From positions 32,001 to 96,000 of the IMG/VR virus record IMGVR_UViG_3300027969_003844: DNA of 64,000 nt; one strand, 5' to 3'. The notes beneath the pieces are model-generated. The model saw nothing but the letters and a program-made list of their open reading frames with translations. It was not told where the DNA came from and did not search any database. Every line of letters starts with the position of its first letter. The stretch's first letter is position 1. Source of the DNA: a virus. The position numbers and the translations under genes were made by a program. Below, one piece after another: positions 56,809 through 64,000 of the stretch.

Positions 56809-57813
56809 CTAAAAGATTTCTATAAGGTTCTCTTTAAAGATAGTCCAGCAATTGGTCCAGGTCCAATGCTGACTTTGTTTTTCTACAACTTGGCGATCCA
56901 GCTTTAATGCTTCTTGAACCGCAGTTTGAAGATTAGTGTGCATATAACCTGTTACATCTTGTTCTAATATATCAATTGGTCCTGGCACTGGATACGCGGC
57001 CACTGGTGTGCCAACTGCAAGTGATTCAATAATGACTACGCCAAATGTATCATTCACGCTGGGAAATACAAATACATCAGCATTGGCAAAATATGTAGCA
57101 AGTTCTTTACCTGTTTTTGACCCAAGGAATTGCACATCTGGATAACGCTTTTCTAGTTCAGGTCTATATGGACCGTCACCTATTATAATCTTTACAGCGC
57201 CTGGAATATTAATATTGCAAAAATCATCTAGTCCTTTTTCTTTGCTGACACGACCAACGTTAAGTAGATAAATTTTACCAACTTCCGAGTAGTCGTGACG
57301 TAGACTGCTTTTAAAAATATTTCTGTCAACCCCGCGTGTCCATGGAATAATATCTGAACGGAATCCATGTTCCTGCAATTCATTGACCATGGTCTGGGTT
57401 GTTGTTAGTACTCGTCCGCTGTGTTTATGAAACCAACGCACATACCAATAAGTCCACGATTCCGGAATATGATAAATCTTTTTCATGAATTCCGGAAATT
57501 TGGTATGATAGCTGGTGTTGTATTTCCAACCCCTACGATCTAACCAGCAACGTGCCGCAAAGCCAAGCGGCCCTTCTGTTGCAATATGAATATGATCTGC
57601 ATCAGCTTCTTGAATCCGTTTACCAATGTTCCATGGAAGTGAAAGCTTGACCTCAGGATACCCAGGAGCATCAATATAATTAAAGAGCCCGGGATGAATA
57701 TAAACAAAAGTACACCCATCATTGTTAGCAATGATTTCCAGGTTCTTAAAGGTTGTAACGACACCATTTATTTGATCCAATAAATTATCAGTGATAATAA
57801 GAATACGTTTCAT
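56809..57813 (-). CDS. GT4 glycosyltransferase (Agt-like glycolipid synthase)
   Basis: ILIITD..QINGVV, IHIATEGPLG, TSYHTKFPE, VGRVSKEK, FVFPSVNDTFGVVIIESLA. Confidence 0.88.
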   Translation of the reverse strand: MKRILIITDNLLDQINGVVTTFKNLEIIANNDGCTFVYIHPGLFNYIDAPGYPEVKLSLPWNIGKRIQEADADHIHIATEGPLGFAARCWLDRRGWKYNTSYHTKFPEFMKKIYHIPESWTYWYVRWFHKHSGRVLTTTQTMVNELQEHGFRSDIIPWTRGVDRNIFKSSLRHDYSEVGKIYLLNVGRVSKEKGLDDFCNINIPGAVKIIIGDGPYRPELEKRYPDVQFLGSKTGKELATYFANADVFVFPSVNDTFGVVIIESLAVGTPVAAYPVPGPIDILEQDVTGYMHTNLQTAVQEALKLDRQVVEKQSQHWTWTNCWTIFKENLIEIF

Positions 57814-57834
57814 ATACACTACTTAATAGTAGTA

Positions 57835-58590
57835 CTATTTTATAGTAGTCCAATTGACAATTTCCCAGGTACCATCATGATGTTCAACTAATGCACTCAT
57901 TGATTCAACCCAATCACCATCGTTCATGTAAGTGATGCCATTGATTTCTTTTATTTCTGCGTGGTGAATATGCCCGCAGATGACTCCATCAAAGTTTCTT
58001 TTCTTTGCATAATCGGTGATTGTGAGTTCAAATTTAAAAACAAAATCAACTGCTTTCTTGACCTTGTGTTTAAGAAATTGACTTAAACTCCAGTAACCAA
58101 ATCCCATACGATGACGTATCCAATTGAACCTGCTGTTGACAGATAAAATAAAGTCATAGGCCTTATCTCCTAAGAACGCTAACCAAGGAGCAATTCTAGT
58201 AACACCGTCGAATAAATCGCCATGCGTTACCAAATACTTCTTACCATCTAATCCAAAGTGAGTTGTTTGATTACAAAGCTCAACAAGTCCAAAACTAACT
58301 CCGTATGGTATCATTGGGCGCAAGAATTCATCATGATTGCCTGCTATGTAAACTACTCTGGTTTTATTCTTCTTGGCAAGACCCAAAATACGTCTAATGG
58401 CAGTTGTATGAGACTGCCTCCATTTTAATTTATTTTGTTGTATTTTCCAAGCGTCGATGATATCGCCTACCAGATACAAGGTGTCTGCGGTGTTGTGTTT
58501 AAGAAAATTATCAAGCTCCTCGGCCTTGCAATCTTTGGTTCCAAAATGGATATCACTTATAAAAATTGAACGGTAGGTTTTAGCTTTCAT
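57835..58590 (-). CDS. LpxH-like metallophosphoesterase, PlcP-type phospholipase C
   Basis: ISDIHFG, GDIID, GNHD, HGD, GYWSLS..LK.KVK.AV, CGHIH, NDGDWVES. Confidence 0.85.
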   Translation of the reverse strand: MKAKTYRSIFISDIHFGTKDCKAEELDNFLKHNTADTLYLVGDIIDAWKIQQNKLKWRQSHTTAIRRILGLAKKNKTRVVYIAGNHDEFLRPMIPYGVSFGLVELCNQTTHFGLDGKKYLVTHGDLFDGVTRIAPWLAFLGDKAYDFILSVNSRFNWIRHRMGFGYWSLSQFLKHKVKKAVDFVFKFELTITDYAKKRNFDGVICGHIHHAEIKEINGITYMNDGDWVESMSALVEHHDGTWEIVNWTTIK

Positions 58591-58615
58591 ACACTATTTA
58601 TTGTGCCTCTAAGAG

Positions 58616-58638
58616 AAGAGGAGCATAATGCTCCTCTT
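58616..58638. terminator. stem-loop terminator
   Basis: AAGAGGAGCA-TAA-TGCTCCTCTT. Confidence 0.65.
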
Positions 58639-58655
58639 TCAGCCTGTGTATAATA

Positions 58656-58814
58656 TTAAATATTTACAACGGTCCAGCGGGGCGTAAATGGCTTACCTTC
58701 GGCCTTGCGTTTTGCAATTTTTGCAAATTCTTCCCTGCGAAGCTGTGCTTGTTTTTCAACATCGTGCTCCATACAGGCCTTGTATAACGCCATTACTAAC
58801 TTTTTCTGTTTCAT
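58656..58814 (-). CDS. small basic protein (52 aa, not in ORF track)
   Basis: [18 protein letters not shown]...RWTVVNI; GGAGG RBS, ATAAGTA upstream, terminator downstream. Confidence 0.65.
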   Translation of the reverse strand: MKQKKLVMALYKACMEHDVEKQAQLRREEFAKIAKRKAEGKPFTPRWTVVNI

Positions 58815-58919
58815 AATAGTTCCTCCGACTAATCTGGCATAATTATTATGCTAGTCAATTACTTATTAAAAATACAATAAAAAACAAGTACCTTAGTTGT
58901 ACTCGACGAACCACTACAT

Positions 58920-60179
58920 TTACCAATTATTCTTAATGTCTTGTATTGCATCCAATACTGGCTTGTTCAAAATAAATTGGTCTTCAATAAAATATCTATG
59001 TTGAAGCTGTGCAATGAAATGCCGTTGATTGTAATCACAAATCTCTGACATTTCATTTCTAATCTTAATTAATGCAGCCGGGCCCTTTTCTTTCAGAGAC
59101 TCTAAATTTTTACAAATTATTTCTACTTTTTCTTGAATGGTGTCGTAATCATCATACGACTCATCTATCCATTGATCAAATGTTTTATAACCAAGATCTT
59201 TTAATCTTTTCAACAGTCCCTTGTTTCCTAGAATTATAAAAGGGTGTCCATGCAGTATTGCCCTCATTGTTTTTTCTGTAATGAATATTGAGTTATTAAA
59301 AGTAGTTGTTTCGGTGATCAATGATATGAATGTTTTTTTGTATAAGGAACTATCAACATTAAAATGAGGAACGTTCAAATCACTATTGTCAACATCAACA
59401 AAGAGTTTTCCTATACTTTTAATTTCTTCTGCATTTTTTAAAATATCTGCTGGCGGCGCCAATGCAGTTAACTCTTCAAAACAATGTTGACTATCTATAC
59501 ACTCCATGTTAAAACTGTTTTGTCCATCATCAAATAAATTTTTTGATCTGAGACTTGCCAACAAGTAAAGACGATGAGTCCTTGGCGTTCTGTTTAGATT
59601 AATGTATAAAAATTTGTCTGCTGGTTCAAATTCTAGTGTAGTATAGTCACTTATATCTTTTTCTATATTAAGTATTGTCCATCCCTCAAATGTGAATAAG
59701 GGGACTACGTGGTATTTGACTTTATCAGACTTGATATCGTTTGATATAAGATTTCCATTAAAGTAATATACATTTGTAGGAGGCAATCCTGCATCATTTA
59801 TCCAGGTTTGGATAATATCTAGATCGTCTTTGAATTTTTTGTCATTGCCACCTGAGAAACCTTCGCCTGCTACATTTATTATAATTTTTGCTTTGTTATT
59901 TTTTACATCATCTAATACTTGTTGCGGCAATCGTTTAAAACCAACATTTTTATGATTTCTTATAAAATTACAATTGTAGCCATTTATAACAAAGAAGTAT
60001 TTTTCTTCTTTGCCTATTTGCTCTAACTTTTTATAATTTTCTTGAACCGCTAAATCTATAATTGGTTTACGAAGTACATAATTTGAAAAGTTCCATTCAT
60101 GTGTTCCAACAAGATAGTTGCTCTTCGTAAAACTGTCTTGATCCTCTAAAAGAAAAATTAATTCCTTATAAAACTTCAT
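58920..60179 (-). CDS. putative glycosyltransferase-like protein (GT10-like C-terminus)
   Basis: [15 protein letters not shown]...[17 protein letters not shown]...GYKTF...DESYD. Confidence 0.55.
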   Translation of the reverse strand: MKFYKELIFLLEDQDSFTKSNYLVGTHEWNFSNYVLRKPIIDLAVQENYKKLEQIGKEEKYFFVINGYNCNFIRNHKNVGFKRLPQQVLDDVKNNKAKIIINVAGEGFSGGNDKKFKDDLDIIQTWINDAGLPPTNVYYFNGNLISNDIKSDKVKYHVVPLFTFEGWTILNIEKDISDYTTLEFEPADKFLYINLNRTPRTHRLYLLASLRSKNLFDDGQNSFNMECIDSQHCFEELTALAPPADILKNAEEIKSIGKLFVDVDNSDLNVPHFNVDSSLYKKTFISLITETTTFNNSIFITEKTMRAILHGHPFIILGNKGLLKRLKDLGYKTFDQWIDESYDDYDTIQEKVEIICKNLESLKEKGPAALIKIRNEMSEICDYNQRHFIAQLQHRYFIEDQFILNKPVLDAIQDIKNNW

Positions 60180-60796
60180 ACTCGTTTTAACATAACACTA
60201 TCAGCTAAACCATATGCAACTGCTTCATCGGCTGACAGGAACGTGTCAAACTTCATGGTCTCAAATAATTCTTCGTATGTTTTTCCTGCTGTGTTATGAC
60301 GTACATATAACTCTGTCAGACGTTTGTTGATACGAACACTTTCTTCAAAACTGCGCTTTGCATCTTCAAATTGAAGATCTTGTACATGAACACTACCGCT
60401 GGTACCGCGTGTGCCGGAACTGACACGATGAATCATAGTACGGCTTTCTGGCAGTACAAATCGCTTGCCCTTTGCACCTGATTGTGCCAAGAATGAACCC
60501 ATGCTGGCTGCTTGACCCATGACATAAGTTGCCACATCAGGTTTGATAAATTGCATGGTGTCATAAATTGCAAGACCAGCAGTAACGCTACCGCCTGGAC
60601 TGTTTACAAACAATGTAATATCACGATCAGGATTTTCTGCTTCAAGGTAAAGTAGTTGAGCCACAATCATATTGGCCATTTGATCATGCACTTCGCCTTC
60701 TAGCATAACAATGCGTTCTTTCAGCAATCGACTATAGATGTCATATGCACGTTCACCGGTTCCGGTCTTTTCAATAACCATTGGTACTAAACTCAT
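60176..60796 (-). CDS. clpP: ClpP protease
   Basis: [38 protein letters not shown]. Confidence 0.95.
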   Translation of the reverse strand: MSLVPMVIEKTGTGERAYDIYSRLLKERIVMLEGEVHDQMANMIVAQLLYLEAENPDRDITLFVNSPGGSVTAGLAIYDTMQFIKPDVATYVMGQAASMGSFLAQSGAKGKRFVLPESRTMIHRVSSGTRGTSGSVHVQDLQFEDAKRSFEESVRINKRLTELYVRHNTAGKTYEELFETMKFDTFLSADEAVAYGLADSVMLKRV

Positions 60797-61053
60797 TTTT
60801 TTCCTTTTCGTTGTTTATTTGTTACTAGATGCCAAACAAAACATGCATGAGTATCATCCCATGACACATCTTCAGTATAAAGAGGTATTTCCCAATGGTT
60901 TAATATTGCATTTGCAACTAACATTAAACTTTCAGGATAGTCTTTGTAAGGAGTTAGGCCAGCATACCAAGCATCGCAGAAGATATCCCAGTACACTGGA
61001 TCTACGTGTTGCAGAAATTCTTCAATTTCTGTAGATTCGTTAACAGTTATCAT
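60793..61053 (-). CDS. hypothetical acidic protein, apparently leaderless
   Basis: TTGCAA-N17-TATAAT-N6-ATG at 61051-61088. Confidence 0.6.
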   Translation of the reverse strand: MITVNESTEIEEFLQHVDPVYWDIFCDAWYAGLTPYKDYPESLMLVANAILNHWEIPLYTEDVSWDDTHACFVWHLVTNKQRKGKK

Positions 61054-61078
61054 TGTTTGATTATATGATAACTGTCAA

Positions 61079-61426
61079 TCAATTGCAACGAACTTCTTCC
61101 CTAATTGTTTGTCCGTATGCGTCCTGATAAATGTAACGCATACAATTTGCTGGAAGTGGATCAGATGGTTGTACATAGATTGCTGGCGGCTGTGGAGGAG
61201 TGTACACTGTTACTGGAGGACGATTTAATTCATATCCAATCATACCGCCAATGACCAAGGGAGCAACCCAGCGACCGTTGTTCCAATAACCACGATGACT
61301 ATGATGGTGAGCCACTGGTCCACGATAAGCATAACCACCGTGTCCACCATAACGATGGTTACCTGCTTCTGCAGAGACAGAAGTTGCCGCTGTCACTAAA
61401 GCCACAATTGCTAAAATATTCTTCAT
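61079..61426 (-). CDS. secreted His/Gly/Pro-rich small protein
   Basis: signal peptide, HHHSH, WVAPLVIGG, PPQPP. Confidence 0.75.
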   Translation of the reverse strand: MKNILAIVALVTAATSVSAEAGNHRYGGHGGYAYRGPVAHHHSHRGYWNNGRWVAPLVIGGMIGYELNRPPVTVYTPPQPPAIYVQPSDPLPANCMRYIYQDAYGQTIREEVRCN

Positions 61427-61484
61427 TTTACTGGTCCTTTCTTACTGGATCAACATGATCCTTTAAAGTATTTATAGTATACAT

Positions 61485-61514
61485 ATAACGCCTAAGATTG
61501 TCAAGTGGTTTACA
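61485..61514 (-). promoter_or_regulatory. ECF-sigma-like promoter overlapping sigma70 and TATAAATA motifs
   Basis: TGTAAAC-N17-CGTTAT. Confidence 0.5.
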
Positions 61515-61521
61515 GGACCAA

Positions 61522-61842
61522 TTATATCTTAAAACTTTCCCCACATCCACATCGATTACGCTCGTTTGGATTGATAAAGTCAAATCCCTCGTTGAGTCCT
61601 TTTCTTACATAATCTACAGTCATACCAGTCAAGTAAATGGAACTTTTAGGATCAATACAAACCGTAAATCCGTTAAATTCCGAAATCTTGTCGTCTACAT
61701 TTAAAGTATCTACATATTCTAGTACATAGGATAATCCCGAACATCCTGTGGTTTTAACACCAATACGAATTCCAATACCAGACCCACGTCTGGTTAGCAT
61801 GGACTGTATCTTCTGTGTGGCTTTTTCAGTTAACTGAATCAT
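61522..61842 (-). CDS. iscA: Fe-S cluster assembly protein IscA
   Basis: GVKTTGCSGLSY, NPNERNRCGCGESF. Confidence 0.93.
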   Translation of the reverse strand: MIQLTEKATQKIQSMLTRRGSGIGIRIGVKTTGCSGLSYVLEYVDTLNVDDKISEFNGFTVCIDPKSSIYLTGMTVDYVRKGLNEGFDFINPNERNRCGCGESFKI

Positions 61843-62215
61843 GTTTCTTTTTGTAATCCTCTACTGCGGCTTTAATTGCATCTTCTGCTAGAATTGAACA
61901 ATGTATCTTAACTGGAGGTAAGGCTAGTTCTTCGGCAATCTGGCTGTTGCGTATATTAGAAGCATCATCAATATGCATCCCACGAACAAGTTCTGTAACC
62001 AACGAACTACTAGCGATGGCTGAGCCACAGCCATATGTCTTGAAACGAGCGTCTCTAATAATACCATTTTCATCTACCTTTATTTGTAATTTCATTACGT
62101 CGCCACAGGCTGGTGCGCCGACCATACCAGTACCAACACCCTCTTCATCTTTTCCAAAACTACCCACGTTGCGGGGGTTTTCGTAGTGGTCTACCACTTT
62201 GTCGCTGTATGCCAT
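61826..62215 (-). CDS. iscU: Fe-S scaffold IscU
   Basis: DHYENPRNVG, GAPACGD, FKTYGCGSAIASSS, LPPVKIHCS. Confidence 0.97.
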   Translation of the reverse strand: MAYSDKVVDHYENPRNVGSFGKDEEGVGTGMVGAPACGDVMKLQIKVDENGIIRDARFKTYGCGSAIASSSLVTELVRGMHIDDASNIRNSQIAEELALPPVKIHCSILAEDAIKAAVEDYKKKHDSVN

Positions 62216-62239
62216 AGTATTCTCCTGGTAAGCATATAT

Positions 62240-63133
62240 TTATGTATTAACGTATTCTAAATTGGTTTGCCATTGGATAGTAAAATTATTTTGGCTTTTA
62301 CTAGTGGAACAGGTCCTTGTACACATGGCATTTGGAGTAGTCGACTCCCAACTGGCCCTGATGTTTTCAAACTTTTCAATTCCAATACTACGACCAGTTC
62401 CTAGCCAACAACATGGATGAGTTCTTCCAGTAGCACTGATATAAATGCTTTTATCTCTAATTGCTTGGCATACAATTGTGCCATTTATAATTGGTTCAGG
62501 TGCTTTGTATCCCGATGGCGGCTTTATGTGTTCAAGTTCAATCAATGAAAATCGTTTACTAATTTTGGTACTGAATTTTGAAAATCCCATCAGCTCTGCT
62601 AGTTCTTTTGCTGTTTCAACTTGATGTTGGTTATGTTCAAATACAATCATGTCCCATTCGGCACGGCCTCCAGAAGAGATATATGCCATGGCGTTTTCAA
62701 TTATCTTGTTCCATTGTGTGTTTACTCGATAAAGGTGATTTGTATCTTCTAATCCGTCTATACTCCAAACCACATAGTCCCACGGTCTATAAAATAGTTT
62801 GGCAATAGACTTCCACCATTCTGGAGTCCTGACACTGCCATTGGTATGAAGTCCTAGCGTGACTTCTGGGTTAACTGAACGAATATATTCCATGAGTTCA
62901 ACAGTTGTTGATCCAGCCGCTGGGTCTCCATAATTCCCACACATAAACACACGTTCAAGATTGCGAATGGTATCTTCACTGACTATGCGTTTAAATTGAT
63001 CAACTGACAGATGCCTAGGCCTATCATTAAATTCAGGATCAATATTACGGGCACATTGCGGACAAGATGCATTGCATACATTAGTTGGTTCAATATGTAA
63101 TACTTTTATTTCGTAATCTACTATTGGATTCAT
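62240..63133 (-). CDS. radical SAM enzyme with C-terminal SPASM/twitch
   Basis: CNASCPQC, CGNYGDP, HTNG; CQA...HPCCW...CTRTC. Confidence 0.9.
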   Translation of the reverse strand: MNPIVDYEIKVLHIEPTNVCNASCPQCARNIDPEFNDRPRHLSVDQFKRIVSEDTIRNLERVFMCGNYGDPAAGSTTVELMEYIRSVNPEVTLGLHTNGSVRTPEWWKSIAKLFYRPWDYVVWSIDGLEDTNHLYRVNTQWNKIIENAMAYISSGGRAEWDMIVFEHNQHQVETAKELAELMGFSKFSTKISKRFSLIELEHIKPPSGYKAPEPIINGTIVCQAIRDKSIYISATGRTHPCCWLGTGRSIGIEKFENIRASWESTTPNAMCTRTCSTSKSQNNFTIQWQTNLEYVNT

Positions 63134-63162
63134 TACTGTACTTAATGAAAAAGTTTGGGGTA

Positions 63163-63522
63163 TTAACCCCAAACTTCTTGGTATTTGGCTAGAGCAGTAG
63201 CCCTAGCCTGTTCTAAACGATTTAGAACATATCCTGACAAATTATCATTATCGTTATCTACATCAACTGTAACAAGTTTGGTTAGATCTCGTCGACGATA
63301 GCCTGTAATTAAACCATCATCGTCAATTTCATCTTCATCGTTGTCGTCGATGTAGAGTAACGATAGCTTTGTAGGATTACTTCTTAGGAGCTTCTGTCTT
63401 AGTATCTGCTGGTTTAGCAGTTTCACTTTTGACAGGCTTGGCTTCAGCTTTCTTAGCGTCTTTTTCAGCTTTCTTTTCAGCTTTCTTTTCAGCTTTCTTT
63501 TCAGCTTTCTTCTCATCAACAA
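63163..63522 (-). CDS. acidic hypothetical ORF overlapping the upstream gene in +1 frame; start unresolved
   Basis: DDNDEDEIDDD...RLEQARATALAKYQEVWG; no ATG/GTG after the upstream stop. Confidence 0.5.
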   Translation of the reverse strand: MLMRRKLKRKLKRKLKRKLKKTLRKLKPSLSKVKLLNQQILRQKLLRSNPTKLSLLYIDDNDEDEIDDDGLITGYRRRDLTKLVTVDVDNDNDNLSGYVLNRLEQARATALAKYQEVWG

Positions 63523-63667
63523 CTGCTGGTTTAACTGCTGGAGTAGCTGTTGCAGGTGCTGTTACTGCTGGGGCAGGTGCGGCTGGTGCAGTAGGAGCCT
63601 TGGCTGGTTCAGCGGCAAAGGCAGAAGCGGCAAACAAAGTTGCGATTAGAGTTGCGATCGTTTTCAT
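63377..63667 (-). CDS. secreted Ala/Lys/Pro-rich low-complexity protein
   Basis: signal peptide MKTIATLIATLFAASAFA; (KKAE)n; AAGGA RBS. Confidence 0.8.
   Translation of the reverse strand: MKTIATLIATLFAASAFAAEPAKAPTAPAAPAPAVTAPATATPAVKPAVVDEKKAEKKAEKKAEKKAEKDAKKAEAKPVKSETAKPADTKTEAPKK
63464..63511. repeat. 12-bp tandem repeat x4, plus one copy at 63443-63454
   Basis: TTCAGCTTTCTT. Confidence 0.9.
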
Positions 63668-63720
63668 AGTATTTCCTTAAAGTTTAGAAATTGCACAAAC
63701 ATTATTGTCTGTGTACTATT

Positions 63721-63750
63721 ATAACGCCTAGGGTTGACTTAAAGTTGACA
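63721..63750 (-). promoter_or_regulatory. ECF-sigma-like promoter
   Basis: TGTCAAC-N17-CGTTAT. Confidence 0.5.
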
Positions 63751-63993
63751 CAATCCGGACAATTTGAGTAACGCGGCAACTTCATCTTCTACGTCGGACC
63801 AAATATCAACAGTAATACTGTGTGAATGCATTGGTCCATTGGTCCAGTACATTTGGTCTGTGGTAATTTTAAATTCTTCCACCACTCGTCGTCCTTGAGG
63901 TTTTTGTGTCCAATCCCATACCGCCGCTGCCGCGTAAATTTCTACATCAGCCGGATCACCAAGAGCCAGATTAACTAATTTTACTCGTCGCAT
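63739..63993 (-). CDS. hypothetical phage protein
   Basis: GDPADVEIYAA...W. Confidence 0.6.
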   Translation of the reverse strand: MRRVKLVNLALGDPADVEIYAAAAVWDWTQKPQGRRVVEEFKITTDQMYWTNGPMHSHSITVDIWSDVEDEVAALLKLSGLCQL

Positions 63994-64000
63994 TTTATCA

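Noticed and set aside
57835-58590. Lipid A biosynthesis LpxH
   Set aside because: The GYWSLS/GDWVES segments and pairing with an Agt-like GT4 fit the PlcP subgroup better; no other lpx genes seen.
816-63680. Plus-strand ORFs other than the HNH (e.g. 52195-52872, 53725-54264, 14727-15167)
   Set aside because: Antisense shadows of well-supported minus-strand genes, with no recognisable motifs.
1-64000. Alternative genetic code (stop-codon reassignment)
   Set aside because: Long genes are intact under code 11, and TAA, TGA and TAG all end recognisable proteins at the expected places.
1-64000. tRNA genes, CRISPR arrays, introns, inteins
   Set aside because: None seen by eye and intergenic gaps are short; tRNAscan-SE and Infernal would be needed to exclude them formally.
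1-64000. Bacterial chromosome origin
   Set aside because: Housekeeping-like genes are out of normal operon context (iscU/iscA without iscS, clpX far from clpP, dnaE fragment) and interleaved with phage-type small genes, an ATP-dependent ligase and SleB hydrolases on one strand.

Overview
A gene-dense, AT-rich segment of a large (jumbo-type) tailed dsDNA phage genome, read in the standard genetic code. All credible genes are on the minus strand except one HNH gene. IscU/IscA/ErpA sequences suggest a proteobacterial, probably betaproteobacterial, host (inference). No capsid or terminase genes, tRNAs or CRISPR arrays were recognised. The window alternates between blocks of short hypothetical genes behind near-consensus sigma70 promoters and host-like auxiliary genes: split dnaE fragment, queD, dCMP deaminase, yccA, MTA/SAH nucleosidase + apt, clpS/clpX/clpP, hsp20, rpsU, DNA ligase, a plcP/agt-like lipid-remodelling pair, iscU/iscA/erpA. 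The dominant feature is a ~21 kb co-oriented locus (24607-45756) with 10 radical SAM enzymes (12 in the window), a NodU/CmcH carbamoyltransferase, a 2OG-Fe(II) hydroxylase, an SGNH-like protein, a 33-aa peptide and three copies of an unrecognised His/Glu-motif domain. Fe-S assembly and 5'-deoxyadenosine salvage genes that could support these enzymes lie elsewhere in the window. Non-coding signals include a preQ1-I-like aptamer before queD, a ROSE-like thermometer before hsp20, a T4-style SD-sequestering hairpin containing a late-promoter-like motif, apparent leaderless genes, a TGTTG-N8-CAACA palindrome upstream of five early promoters, and two ECF-type promoters before secreted proteins. All calls are from motif reading by eye; no database searches were run.
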